From: a virus
Reading direction: 5' to 3' (one strand)
DNA length: 64,000 nt
Virus record (IMG/VR): IMGVR_UViG_3300048924_000619
Span: 30,138-94,137 of that record
The translations under genes and the position numbers were made by a program. The notes below the pieces were generated by a model. The model was not told the origin of the DNA. It did no database searches and saw only the letters and a program-made list of their open reading frames with translations. Each line of letters begins with the position of its first letter. Position 1 is the stretch's first letter. Shown one piece after another: positions 36,793-46,515 of this stretch.

Positions 36793-37707
36793 ATGGTCGA
36801 AAGCGACGCCGCATTGATGGATGCATGCCCGGACTTCGTGTCCGTGGGCTCGCTTCTGAAGGCGCATCCTCAGGAGGATGGTGGTCGACGCTTCGTTTAC
36901 TTCGAAGCCTCGAACGAAGGTCTGGACCAGCAGGATGAGGTGATCCTGTCGAAGGCCCTGGCGGACTCGAAGGACTTCTACCTCCGCTACGGCAACGTCG
37001 ACATCGACCACTACACCCAGATCGGCGCGCGCGCCGGCATCCCGGACTATCCGACGTATGAGATCGGACAGCCGGTCGAGGTCGGCCAGCGCGGCGGATC
37101 CACCTTCGTCAAGAGCCAGCTCTACGCCGCGACCTCGGACAAGATCTCCACGCCGATGCTGGAGAAGGCGAACATGGTCTGGGACGGCCTGACCAAGGTC
37201 GACCCTCCCCAGCGCTGGTATCCGAGCGTCGGCGGCGCCGTCCTGCAGAAGGCTATCCACGTTGACGAGGCGACGCAGGCGCGTCGCGCCGTCATCTCCA
37301 AGGTGCGCTGGTCCAACGTCGGGCTCTCGCGGACGCCCGTGAACCAGCACGTCAGCGCTTGCGCGGCGGCGCCGATCGGCATGTTCGCCAAGTGCCTCGC
37401 GGCGCAGGGTGTGATCGATTTCTCAAAGACCCTGACGGCCGGCTACGGCACGGACTCCGCCACGCTGTCGGGCGGTGCGTCGCTGCGCCAGCAATCGCTC
37501 GACGGCGGCGTCAAGAGCTACTGGGATTTCCGCGAGCGCCTGGCTCAGGCGATGCGCGAAGGAACGGCGGGAAAGAACCCCAAGTCCGCGGACTTGGTGC
37601 GGTTCGCCGCCGAGAGGTTCGGGCTCTCTCACGATGAGGCGGCCGAATACGTGGAGCGCTTCGTGCGCGACCTCCAATCCGGACTGACAAAGAGGAAAGC
37701 GGCATGA
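36793..37707 (+). CDS. prohead protease
   Basis: EASNE..DQQDE, DIDH, PSVGG, LSRTPVN; upstream of scaffold and capsid. Confidence 0.75.
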   Translation: MVESDAALMDACPDFVSVGSLLKAHPQEDGGRRFVYFEASNEGLDQQDEVILSKALADSKDFYLRYGNVDIDHYTQIGARAGIPDYPTYEIGQPVEVGQRGGSTFVKSQLYAATSDKISTPMLEKANMVWDGLTKVDPPQRWYPSVGGAVLQKAIHVDEATQARRAVISKVRWSNVGLSRTPVNQHVSACAAAPIGMFAKCLAAQGVIDFSKTLTAGYGTDSATLSGGASLRQQSLDGGVKSYWDFRERLAQAMREGTAGKNPKSADLVRFAAERFGLSHDEAAEYVERFVRDLQSGLTKRKAA

Positions 37708-38324
37708 GCGCTGAAAAGACGGCGGGGTCCTTCGACGCCCTGCTCGAGGAAATCTCGACCGACCTGACGAAGGCGCTGCCGACCGACGGCGACACGAAGG
37801 AAGACGACGCCAAGATCGAGGCCGCCGCGGCCGACGGTGAGGGCGAAGAAGACAAGGAAGACGGCGAAGCCGCGCCCATGGCGAAGTCCTTCAAGATCAC
37901 CCTCCAAAATGGCGAGGAGATCGATGCCGTTGACGGCGCCGAGCTGGTCAAGTCGCTCGTCGCCCGCATCGAAAGCAACGAGACGGGCATCCTCAAGGTG
38001 CTCGGCGAGACCGCGAAGATCGCCATCGCTCAAGGCGAGCTGATCAAGTCGCTGCAGACCCGTCTCGGCACCCTGGAAGGCCAGGGCAAGGGCCGCAAGG
38101 CCGTCCTGACCATCGCCGAGAAGCCCGCCGCCGCGGCCGAGGAACTGCGCAAGTCGCAGGAAACCCACGGCTTGGACGGGGACGCGTTCATGGCCAAGGC
38201 CCTGTCCGCCCAAGTCGCCGGCCGGATCAACGGCACGCAGGTCGCCATCGCCGAGGCGCACATCAACGCCGGCAAGCAGCCGCCCGCCGACATCGTCCGC
38301 GCCGTCCTCCCGGACGCCCAGTAA
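37704..38324 (+). CDS. putative scaffolding protein
   Basis: Acidic/helical, repeated xxKS/KA sites, between protease and MCP. Confidence 0.65.
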   Translation: MSAEKTAGSFDALLEEISTDLTKALPTDGDTKEDDAKIEAAAADGEGEEDKEDGEAAPMAKSFKITLQNGEEIDAVDGAELVKSLVARIESNETGILKVLGETAKIAIAQGELIKSLQTRLGTLEGQGKGRKAVLTIAEKPAAAAEELRKSQETHGLDGDAFMAKALSAQVAGRINGTQVAIAEAHINAGKQPPADIVRAVLPDAQ

Positions 38325-38384
38325 CCGCACTCCGCGAGCCGCCGCCCACGTCGGTCTCGTCCACAAGCAGAGGGTAAGGATCCC

Positions 38385-39839
38385 ATGAATATCAACCTCG
38401 ACGTGGCCCTGAACGCCACCGCGGGCGGCGTTGCGGACGCGTCCGTGATCGACGAACTGCAAAAGGCCCTGACGGCCGGCTATGGCACGGACGTGTCGCA
38501 GCTGACCGGCGGCTCGGCCCTGCGCATCCAGTCGCTCGACAAGACCATGAAGTCGACGATCCAGGAGAACGAGCACTTCGTTCTCTTCAACGCGCTGGCC
38601 AAGTCCGGCGCCGGCGCGACCGTCGACGAATGGACCGAGCGGACCGACGTCGGCAGCTTCCCGGGCGGCTCGACCAACTCGGAAACCGGCGTCATCTCTC
38701 AGGCGCAGGGCAACTACAAGCGGCGCGTCGGCCTGGTCAAGTACCTGATGACCCAGGCCCAAGTGTCGCTGGTCGCGACCCTCGGCAACAACATCGAGGC
38801 GGCGAAGGCCGTCGAAGCCCAAGCCGCCGCCCTGCGGCTGCTGACCGACGCCGAATATCTCAGCTTCGAAGGCGACTCCACCGTCGTCCCGACCGAGTTC
38901 GACGGCATCGCCGCTCAGATGTACGCCGGCGTGGCCGACGGTTCGGTCGATGGCGGCAACGTCATCAACGTCGACGGCTCCTCGCTGGCCTCGATCAACG
39001 CCGTCAACCAAGCCGCCGCTCAGATCTCCTCGTACGGCAACTGGGGCCGGGCGAGCGACCTGTTCTTCTCGCAGCAGGTCCAGGCGGACTTCGACAACGG
39101 CCTGGACCCGGCCTTCCGGGTCGCGTTGAACAACGTCGGCGACGGCGGCCTGAAGCTCGGCGCCCCCGTGGTCGGCATCCGCACCAGCCACGGCAACATC
39201 AAGACGAACAACGACACGTTCATCTTCGATGAGCCGCGGCAGATGCCGTTCGACGTGCTGTTCCCGGCCGTCGCGACCGCCCTCACGTCCCTGAAGCCGG
39301 CCTCCGTGACCGCCGCGGCCACGACGGGCACGACCGCGAACAAGTTCACCGCCGCTCGCGCGGGGAACTACTACTACCTCGTCGCGGGCGTGAGCGCCGC
39401 CGGCCAGTCTGACGGTCGGGTCACCACCCAAACCGCCGTCGCGGCCGGTCAGAAGGTCACTCTGACCATCACCGCGTCGGCGGGCGCTCAGGAAACTGGC
39501 TATGCGATCTATCGCGGCCGCCTGAACGGGACCAACGCTCCGTCGGACATGCGCCTGATCAAGCGCGTGGCGAAGGCCGGCGCGACGACCACGTTCGTGG
39601 ACGAGAACCTCGACATCCCCGGCACCTCCAAGGGCTACATGCTCCCGATGGGGCCGGGCGCCGATGCGATCTCGTGGCGCCAGCTGCTGCCGATGATGGA
39701 GTTCCAGCTCTATCCGACCAACGCGCCGGTCCTGCCCTGGGCTCAGCTCCTGTTCGGCTATCTGCGGATGACCAAGCGCCGCCGGGTCGTGGTGTTCAAG
39801 AACATCCTGCCCAGCTCGTCGCTCTGGAAGCCGTTCTAG
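38385..39839 (+). CDS. major capsid protein (SPO1/Twort-like)
   Basis: KALTAGYGTD...GGSALRIQSLD, EYLSFEGDS...EFDGI; strong codon bias; terminator follows. Confidence 0.9.
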   Translation: MNINLDVALNATAGGVADASVIDELQKALTAGYGTDVSQLTGGSALRIQSLDKTMKSTIQENEHFVLFNALAKSGAGATVDEWTERTDVGSFPGGSTNSETGVISQAQGNYKRRVGLVKYLMTQAQVSLVATLGNNIEAAKAVEAQAAALRLLTDAEYLSFEGDSTVVPTEFDGIAAQMYAGVADGSVDGGNVINVDGSSLASINAVNQAAAQISSYGNWGRASDLFFSQQVQADFDNGLDPAFRVALNNVGDGGLKLGAPVVGIRTSHGNIKTNNDTFIFDEPRQMPFDVLFPAVATALTSLKPASVTAAATTGTTANKFTAARAGNYYYLVAGVSAAGQSDGRVTTQTAVAAGQKVTLTITASAGAQETGYAIYRGRLNGTNAPSDMRLIKRVAKAGATTTFVDENLDIPGTSKGYMLPMGPGADAISWRQLLPMMEFQLYPTNAPVLPWAQLLFGYLRMTKRRRVVVFKNILPSSSLWKPF

Positions 39840-39861
39840 TCGGTCCCTGCCAGGAGTGGAG

Positions 39862-39890
39862 GGGAGGGCGGTCTTCGGGCCGCCCTCTTT
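39862..39890 (+). terminator. intrinsic terminator after MCP
   Basis: GAGGGCGGTC-TTCG-GGCCGCCCTC-TTT. Confidence 0.75.
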
Positions 39891-39945
39891 CCTGGAAAGC
39901 GCCTCGCGGGGCGCTTCCCCGGAAAGAGGAAGCAAGGACCCTCAT

Positions 39946-40446
39946 ATGTTCCACGTTCACTGCAAGCTGCCCAACGCGTCGACCGAGATCAACGGCGTCT
40001 CATTTGTGGTGATGAGCCCATCGCTTGAGCCGGACGGCGTCGTGCACGTCCGTACGGTCGATCCGGTCTCCGGCGAGGTCGCTGCCCAGTTCGCCGACAT
40101 CTCCGGCTACGAGATCGAGAATCTTGGATCGCCGGCGGTCCCGAATCGCGACGCGCACCGTGCCCCCGAGTTCGTGCCTCTGGCGGCCAGGGCCGCTGAC
40201 ACGGCCGTTGAAGCGCCGCGCCGTCGCGGCCGCCCGAGCGCTGCAGACATTGCGGCGCGCGCCGCTGCGAGTGCGCCGCCGGCCGTGACGCCCGAGCCCG
40301 CCGCCCCGCCGCCCGTCGCCGATGACGAGCAGGCCGCCCCAGCGCCCGAGCCGGCGATTGCCGCCGCCCTGGCCGCGGCTGGCAGCGAGGAAGCGCCAGC
40401 GGATCCGGCTGAAGCGACCGCCCCGCCCGAGCCGGCCGCCGAATAA
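39946..40446 (+). CDS. hypothetical virion-associated protein with P/A-rich tail
   Basis: SD AAGGA; LPNASTEINGV N-terminus; RRRGRP basic patch. Confidence 0.65.
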   Translation: MFHVHCKLPNASTEINGVSFVVMSPSLEPDGVVHVRTVDPVSGEVAAQFADISGYEIENLGSPAVPNRDAHRAPEFVPLAARAADTAVEAPRRRGRPSAADIAARAAASAPPAVTPEPAAPPPVADDEQAAPAPEPAIAAALAAAGSEEAPADPAEATAPPEPAAE

Positions 40447-40484
40447 GCGCCGGGCCATAGACAGGCCATAGAAGGAATCAGCCC

Positions 40485-40712
40485 ATGTCCCGTAATCCGT
40501 CGCCCCACACGCCTCAGGGCAAGCTCAACCGCTCCACGCCGGCCGCCTCCGAGGTCCGTCTCGGCGACATCATCAACGACCTGATTACGACCGTGAACGC
40601 GGTCGTGGCCGACAACGTGGCGATGGCCGCGAAGCTCAACGCCGACGCCGGCGTGACCGACACGAACTATGCCGTGACCGCCGCGGCCGTCACGGTTCTC
40701 TCGCTGCGCTAA
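40485..40712 (+). CDS. small putative capsid-associated protein
   Basis: SD GAAGGA; coiled-coil segment; terminator follows. Confidence 0.65.
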   Translation: MSRNPSPHTPQGKLNRSTPAASEVRLGDIINDLITTVNAVVADNVAMAAKLNADAGVTDTNYAVTAAAVTVLSLR

Positions 40713-40717
40713 GTTCC

Positions 40718-40749
40718 AGGCGGCGGCTTCGGCCGTCGCCTCTCTCTTC
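40718..40749 (+). terminator. intrinsic terminator-like hairpin
   Basis: AGGCGGCGGC-TTCG-GCCGTCGCCT then CTCTCTT. Confidence 0.65.
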
Positions 40750-40760
40750 AGGAGGCCCAC

Positions 40761-41555
40761 GTGAGCCTGTTCAGCAGCGGCGACGTGGCCAGCTTCAAGG
40801 CGGACCGCCTGTTCCGCGCGGCCCAGAGCCTCTGGCCAGGCGTCACCCTCGGCGACGACTACCTGCTTCACGAGTTGCAGGCCGCCGAAGCCGGCATCGC
40901 CCGTCGGCTGAGGGTCTACCTCGAGCCGACCACCATCTTCCCGTACGAGCCCAGCGAGGACGAGGTTGAAGCGCTGAGCGGCGCGCCATACGCGGAAGAG
41001 CCGGGCTATGATTATGACCCGGAGTTCTTCGGCTCGGGCCGTTGGGGCTACATCGTCACGCGCCAGAAGCCGATCGTCTCCGTCGAGTTCATCCGCTTCG
41101 CCTACCCGAACCCGCAAGCGGCTTTCTTCCCGATCCCGGACCCCTGGATCCGGATCGACAAGAAGCATGGGCAGATCAACCTCGTGCCGGCGTCGGCTTC
41201 GTTCGCCGCGCCCCTGAACGCCTTCATGCTTCAGGCTGTCGGCGGCGGCGCGATGATCCCCTTCATGCTGCAGGTGAAGTATGTCGCGGGTCTGAAGAAC
41301 GTGAAGTCGGATCCGCAGTGGGCGGACCTGATGGACGTCATCTACAAGCAGGCGGCGCTGAACGTCGTCGACGAGAACTTCACGCCGCAGAGCGCCTCGA
41401 TATCGGCGGACGGGCTGTCCCAATCGATGTCTATGGACGCGGACAAGTACCGCGACGTCGTCGAGGCGAAGCTGTTCGGCGGCAAGGGCTCCAACGGTGG
41501 CCTCTGGACCTCCATCCATGGAATCGGCATTGGCGTCGCCGGAGTGACCACATGA
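40761..41555 (+). CDS. head-tail adaptor protein
   Basis: Position; P..LQVKYVAG and SISADGLSQS motifs. Confidence 0.7.
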   Translation: MSLFSSGDVASFKADRLFRAAQSLWPGVTLGDDYLLHELQAAEAGIARRLRVYLEPTTIFPYEPSEDEVEALSGAPYAEEPGYDYDPEFFGSGRWGYIVTRQKPIVSVEFIRFAYPNPQAAFFPIPDPWIRIDKKHGQINLVPASASFAAPLNAFMLQAVGGGAMIPFMLQVKYVAGLKNVKSDPQWADLMDVIYKQAALNVVDENFTPQSASISADGLSQSMSMDADKYRDVVEAKLFGGKGSNGGLWTSIHGIGIGVAGVTT

Positions 41556-41728
41556 TCGCTCGCCCCGAGTTCGCTCACCTCGCGATCGGCGAGACCATGA
41601 CAATCGACGGCATTCCGATGCGTCACGCCGGCGGTGGCTTGTTCGAACCGGCGGTGATCGGCGACGAACTGCTGAAGCGCTTCGACGTCAACGAGGGCGA
41701 GACGCTCCACCGGCCGCGGGCCGCCTGA
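41552..41728 (+). CDS. small hypothetical protein
   Basis: ATGA overlap with upstream stop. Confidence 0.4.
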   Translation: MIARPEFAHLAIGETMTIDGIPMRHAGGGLFEPAVIGDELLKRFDVNEGETLHRPRAA

Positions 41729-41729
41729 C

Positions 41730-42362
41730 GTGCGGCTGTCCCCGGCGCTCTTCAATCAGTTCCTTGGCAGCAGCGTGCGCCAGGATTTCATGTGGCGCCG
41801 GCGCTCGGCCTGCCCGTGCGTGAGCGCGTCCTCAGGCGCCGCGCGTTATGACTGCCCGGTGTGCAACGGCAAGGGCCATATCTGGGCCTCGGCGGAGGTC
41901 CCCGGCTGGGCGGGGATGTCCAACCAGATCCCGAAGAAGTCGGCGACGCCGATCAACTGGGAGCCTGGCGACGCGACGCTGACCATTCCCTCAGACTCGC
42001 CGCTCTATGGCGTACGCCAGTACGATCGGATCCGGGCGCTCGGCTCCACGAACCCCTTTTCCGAGGTGATCGTGCCAGGCCGCAATGACAAGCTGCGCAT
42101 GCCGGTCGTCTCGGTTTCTCGGGTGTTCTGGCTGGCGACCGATGGCGAGACGATCGTCGAGGGTGGCATTCCCACCGTCGCGGCGAATGGCGCGATGACG
42201 TGGGCGTCCGGCGCGCCGCCGGCGGAGACCAGCTTCACGGTCGAGGGCACGCGCGAAGACGAGTTCTTCGTCTACGACTCCCTGGCGAGCGACCGGAACT
42301 CCGGCGTCAGCGGCCTGCCCCTGAAGCTCCAGGCGCGGAAGTTCGACCTGCTCGGACGCTAG
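41730..42362 (+). CDS. head closure/neck protein with Zn-finger
   Basis: ACPC...CPVCNGKG; position in neck module. Confidence 0.65.
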   Translation: MRLSPALFNQFLGSSVRQDFMWRRRSACPCVSASSGAARYDCPVCNGKGHIWASAEVPGWAGMSNQIPKKSATPINWEPGDATLTIPSDSPLYGVRQYDRIRALGSTNPFSEVIVPGRNDKLRMPVVSVSRVFWLATDGETIVEGGIPTVAANGAMTWASGAPPAETSFTVEGTREDEFFVYDSLASDRNSGVSGLPLKLQARKFDLLGR

Positions 42363-43162
42363 AGGCCGGCAAGATCCGCGGCGATCGCGGCTGGGAAGTC
42401 CTGGGCCGCGGTGCGCTGGAGGGATTCCGAGACCGCGCGCGCGATCCAAAGTCCCGGCCGCGCCCCGATGACCCATCCGCTGCTACCCTCGGCCATCACC
42501 CGGAAGGTGAGATAGGTCGAGCTGCGCGAGCCGCCGGGATTGTTGGCCTTGAAGCGGACCATTCCCGCGTACGGATCCGACTTGTGCTGCGGCTTAAGCT
42601 TCGGCGCCATCCCGGCACCCAGGCGGCCGCCCCAGACGTAGCGACGCGCGCGGACCTCCATTGGCCGACGCGTCTTGATGTCGCTGGCGTTCAGGCCGGA
42701 GCGCCGGACGCCATGGCCGACGATCTGCGAAGCCGCAAGGTTGCGGGCCTCCGCGTGGACGGCCTTCGGCATGGGCACCGCCAGCGCGCTTTGGCCGGGC
42801 GTGTTGTGGCGGAAGGGGATGATCAGGTAGCGGCGACCCTTCTTCGACACGCGCACCTTGGGGCTCGTGTCCAGCATCCGCTTCATATCGTACGGTGGCC
42901 GGCCGCTTTCGATGTCCTGGACGTATTTGTAGCTCGAGACGATCTCACCTGAGAACGGCCCCGTCATCCGCCCCTGGATGGAGTCGGCGTAGGCGCGGCG
43001 CTCGCCGTCCCAGAGCGGCGCCTTGAGGGCCGCGGCTTTCCACCGCTCCTCGCCGGTCTCCACGACCGCTTGGACCGCAGCTGACAGGTTCGCGAAGATC
43101 CCAGCGCCGGCGATGGGGCCGGCGGCCATGAGTTCCGATAGGTCGACCTTGACGCTCAGCAT
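42359..43162 (-). CDS. neck/tail-completion-like protein, inverted orientation
   Basis: YVQDIESGRPPYDMK..L..SPK, YLIIPFRH, YLTFRVM; own leaderless promoter. Confidence 0.65.
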   Translation of the reverse strand: MLSVKVDLSELMAAGPIAGAGIFANLSAAVQAVVETGEERWKAAALKAPLWDGERRAYADSIQGRMTGPFSGEIVSSYKYVQDIESGRPPYDMKRMLDTSPKVRVSKKGRRYLIIPFRHNTPGQSALAVPMPKAVHAEARNLAASQIVGHGVRRSGLNASDIKTRRPMEVRARRYVWGGRLGAGMAPKLKPQHKSDPYAGMVRFKANNPGGSRSSTYLTFRVMAEGSSGWVIGARPGLWIARAVSESLQRTAAQDFPAAIAADLAGL

Positions 43163-43184
43163 GCTCGAGCATTGGTCTCACGAC
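43163..43184 (-). promoter_or_regulatory. GTCGTGAG promoter variant, leaderless (minus strand)
   Basis: GTCGTGAG accAatgctcgagc ATG; 14 nt spacer. Confidence 0.65.
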
Positions 43185-43192
43185 CCTCGGCT

Positions 43193-43214
43193 GTCGTGAC
43201 AACATGATCCCGGA
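43193..43214 (+). promoter_or_regulatory. GTCGTGAC-N3-A-N3-T promoter (tail operon)
   Basis: GTCGTGAC aacAtgaTcccgga, then CG, then ATG 43217. Confidence 0.75.
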
Positions 43215-43216
43215 CG

Positions 43217-44047
43217 ATGATCACCTTCGTCCAACCGATGCCGATCGGCAACGCCGTGCGGGTGCTGTTCGCGCCCCCGGACGACGCGGTTGCCTGGAAG
43301 ATCCTTCGGAAGACGAGCGACACGTTCAGCGGCCACGCCGATCCGGATGCAGGCGTGGTCTACGATGGCGATGAGAACAGCGTCATCGACGTAGCCGGCC
43401 TAATCAACGGCACGGCCTACTACTACAAGCCCTACTACATGGACGCGTCCGACCAGTGGTCCACGGATGTGTCGGTCACGTGCACGCCATCGCCCACGGC
43501 GGCCCTGCGCGGCCCGGATCCGCAAGCGCTCGTTCGGGAGCGCCTCGAGCTGGGCCTGCGGGTCGAGGTCGAGGCCGGGCGGCTCATGCACGACAACGGG
43601 TATGTGCCGTGCCTCACGGCGCCGCCGACGTTCGAGGGGACGAAATTCCCGATCGTCACGGTGCGGGTCGAGAGCCTGTCGCGCGCAGAATCCGGCGTCG
43701 GCGAAATGGTCGCCTCCGACGAATACGACGTCGCCTCGGACGACTGGACCGAGAGCGAAGGATTCCTCGCCCGGGTTCAGCTGCAAATCGGAACGTGGGT
43801 TGTCGGCAACGTCGACGTGCGCAACGCGCTGCGCAAGGCCGTGATCAAGGTGCTCCTGGGCAACATCCCCGTCTTCTACGACCAGGGCCTGAGCATGGTC
43901 GAGGTGTCGCAAAGCGACCTCGAGGACTTCGAAACCTACGAGACGGCGATGTTCCAGACCGTCTCGACCTTCACCTGCCTTGCGCCAATCGCCGTGGACG
44001 CGCTCACCCCGCCGATCCGCGATGTGGCGCTCGCCGCCACCGCATAG
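43217..44047 (+). CDS. tail terminator-like protein with N-terminal FN3-like domain
   Basis: GLINGTAYYY; position directly before sheath. Confidence 0.6.
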   Translation: MITFVQPMPIGNAVRVLFAPPDDAVAWKILRKTSDTFSGHADPDAGVVYDGDENSVIDVAGLINGTAYYYKPYYMDASDQWSTDVSVTCTPSPTAALRGPDPQALVRERLELGLRVEVEAGRLMHDNGYVPCLTAPPTFEGTKFPIVTVRVESLSRAESGVGEMVASDEYDVASDDWTESEGFLARVQLQIGTWVVGNVDVRNALRKAVIKVLLGNIPVFYDQGLSMVEVSQSDLEDFETYETAMFQTVSTFTCLAPIAVDALTPPIRDVALAATA

Positions 44048-44055
44048 AGGACTCC

Positions 44056-44274
44056 ATGGCCGACAAGCCCACCACCCCGCCCGAAGAGGCCCCGGCCTCG
44101 CCCACCACCTTCGACGTGACCCTCGACGAGTTCTGCGCCGAGGCGTCGACCCGCGGCTACGGCATCGAAATGCTCGGCGGGTTCTTCGCGGACGCGACGC
44201 TGAAGGGCCCGACGAAGGCGTCGCGCGAGACCTTTCAGGCGGCTCTCGACGCCTTCATCACCCGCCCCGTCTAA
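44056..44274 (+). CDS. small hypothetical tail-module protein
   Basis: SD GAGGA; ATG 44056. Confidence 0.65.
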   Translation: MADKPTTPPEEAPASPTTFDVTLDEFCAEASTRGYGIEMLGGFFADATLKGPTKASRETFQAALDAFITRPV

Positions 44275-44304
44275 GCCGGCCACCTTAGGAAGGATCACTG
44301 ACGA

Positions 44305-46041
44305 ATGACCGGATATTTCTTCAACGGCCGGCAGAACATCACGCCGCAGGCGATGACCCACGTGAACGACGGGGCCATGCTTCCGGCCGCGCCGAGCGTT
44401 GGCAACTTCGCGGCGCTGATCGGCCACTCCACGGGCGGCGCGCCCGGCGTGGTTCTGAAGTTCGGATCCCCGGATGACGCCCGCTCGGTGCTGGCCAGCG
44501 GAGAGCTGCTCGACGGCGTGATCCGCGCCTTTGCGCCCTCCGCCGAAACCGGCGGCCCGGATGCCGTGATCGCCGTGCGCGTCGATCCGGCGACGCCGGC
44601 GACCCTGGCGTTGAAGGACTCCATCGCCGCCACGGTCATCAACCTGACGTCGACCAATTACGGTCTGCGCGAAAATCAGATCAAGGTGAAGGTCGAGGCG
44701 GCCACCGGCGGCCGCGGCCTGAAGATCACCACGCAGCGGGGGTCGTCCTACTACACGCAGGACAACATCTTCCGGAACGCGTTCAGCGTCCAATACAGCG
44801 GCGCCCAGGCCTCGGCCGTGGCGCAGATCTCCCAGTCGCAGGTTGTCCTTCAGGCGCCGTCCGGCTCGACGGTCGCGACCATCGACCTGAACACCTTCCA
44901 GACCATCCAGCAGCTCGTGGACCGCATCAACGCCACTGCGGGCTTCTCTGCGGCGGTCCTGGACGGCAACGGCTCCAAGAAGGCGCTCGACGGCCTGGAC
45001 ACGGTGGCGGCGCAGGACGTCAAGACCGCGGTCTACAACGCCCGCGCCGATCTGCAGGCCGTGGTCGACTGGTTCAACACCTCGGGCGAGCCCTACGTGA
45101 CCGCGGCGCGCGCGGCGAGCGTCGGTACGCTGCCCGCGCCGGCGGCGTTCACCTACCTGTCTGGCGGCATCGACGGCACGTCGACGAATACCGAGTGGTC
45201 GAACGCCTTCTCCGCGCTGCAAACGGCCGATGTGCAGTGGATCACTCCGCTCACCTCGGACCCGGCGGTCCACGCGATGGCTGACGCGCACGTGCAGTTC
45301 ATGTCCGACCAGGGCCGCAAGGAACGTCGGGCGATCTGCGGCGGCCCGCTGGCGACCTCCGACGCCACGGCGATTACGCTGGCCAAGGGTCTGAACTCGG
45401 ACCGCACCAGCTTCGTGCACCTCGGCGTCTACGACTATGACGTGCTGGGCGATGGCTCGCTGAAGCTCTACCCGCCCTACATGGCGGCCGCGATGATCTC
45501 CGGCGCTTTTGCCGGCGTCACGCCCGGCACGGCGCTGACTGGCGTCTCGCTGAGCGTGGTCGGTGCCGAGCGGACCCTCCGCAACCCGGTGGATACCGAT
45601 GGTCTTCTGCAGGGCGGCGTCCTGCCGATCGAGGACACAGCGACCGGCGTCCGTGTCACGCAGTCGATCTCCACGTGGCTGACCGACGGCAAGTTCAACC
45701 GTCGCGAACAGTCGACCGGCGCCGCACTGGACTTCGCCTGTCGCTTCATTCGCGAACGGGTCGAGACGGCGGTGAAGGGCAAGAAGGGCTCGCCGCAGAT
45801 GCTCTCGGTCGCGATTACGACCATGGAGACCTGCTGCAAGGAGCTCGCGAAGCCCGAGGAGCTCGGTGGACTCGGTGTGCTGGCCGGCGACGCGGCGAAC
45901 CCGGCTTACATGGGCCTCAAGGCGTCGCTGAACGGCGACGTTCTGGCGCTCGTGGGCCAGCTCTCGCCGGTCATTCCGATCAACTACATCCCGATCACGA
46001 TCAACGCCGTCCCGTACTCGGGCACGGCCTCGATCGGCTAA
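44305..46041 (+). CDS. contractile tail sheath protein
   Basis: LIGHSTGGAPG, SGELLD, YLSGG.DG, C-terminal SPVIPINYIPIT. Confidence 0.9.
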   Translation: MTGYFFNGRQNITPQAMTHVNDGAMLPAAPSVGNFAALIGHSTGGAPGVVLKFGSPDDARSVLASGELLDGVIRAFAPSAETGGPDAVIAVRVDPATPATLALKDSIAATVINLTSTNYGLRENQIKVKVEAATGGRGLKITTQRGSSYYTQDNIFRNAFSVQYSGAQASAVAQISQSQVVLQAPSGSTVATIDLNTFQTIQQLVDRINATAGFSAAVLDGNGSKKALDGLDTVAAQDVKTAVYNARADLQAVVDWFNTSGEPYVTAARAASVGTLPAPAAFTYLSGGIDGTSTNTEWSNAFSALQTADVQWITPLTSDPAVHAMADAHVQFMSDQGRKERRAICGGPLATSDATAITLAKGLNSDRTSFVHLGVYDYDVLGDGSLKLYPPYMAAAMISGAFAGVTPGTALTGVSLSVVGAERTLRNPVDTDGLLQGGVLPIEDTATGVRVTQSISTWLTDGKFNRREQSTGAALDFACRFIRERVETAVKGKKGSPQMLSVAITTMETCCKELAKPEELGGLGVLAGDAANPAYMGLKASLNGDVLALVGQLSPVIPINYIPITINAVPYSGTASIG

Positions 46042-46069
46042 GCGCGGCCTTGGGCTAGGAGCAACATGA

Positions 46070-46492
46070 ATGTCTGAGCAAAACCTCAAGGTCCAGTCCG
46101 GCAACCAGATCGTCGTCATGCTCGACGGCAAGGCGGTCGGTCTGATCCAGTCAGTGCGCGGGAGCGACGACTATTCGCCAGAGGCCGCCAGCGGCATCGG
46201 CGACATCCACGTGCAGGAATATGTGCCGAGCATGGCGCGGCACAACATCACCGTCTCGACGATGGTGCTGCGGAAGGCGAACCTCCGGAGCCAGGGGATC
46301 GCCGCCAAGAATGGCGACGACGTCCTCAAGGGCCGTGTGTTCGACTTCGTGTCCATGCAGAAGGACGGAACCGTCCTGCGCGCCTGGCGCGGTTGCTCGT
46401 ACGCGAGCGGCGACGTCGAGATCGCCAAGCATGCGATCGTGATGTCGAGCGCGCAGTTCAACGCGCTGGATGTGGACGGCGACGGCATCTAG
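46070..46492 (+). CDS. tail tube protein
   Basis: VQSGNQIVVMLDGKAVG..Q...GIGDIHVQEYV; follows sheath. Confidence 0.85.
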   Translation: MSEQNLKVQSGNQIVVMLDGKAVGLIQSVRGSDDYSPEAASGIGDIHVQEYVPSMARHNITVSTMVLRKANLRSQGIAAKNGDDVLKGRVFDFVSMQKDGTVLRAWRGCSYASGDVEIAKHAIVMSSAQFNALDVDGDGI

Positions 46493-46515
46493 GGCCGCGT
46501 CATCGTCGAAGCCTT

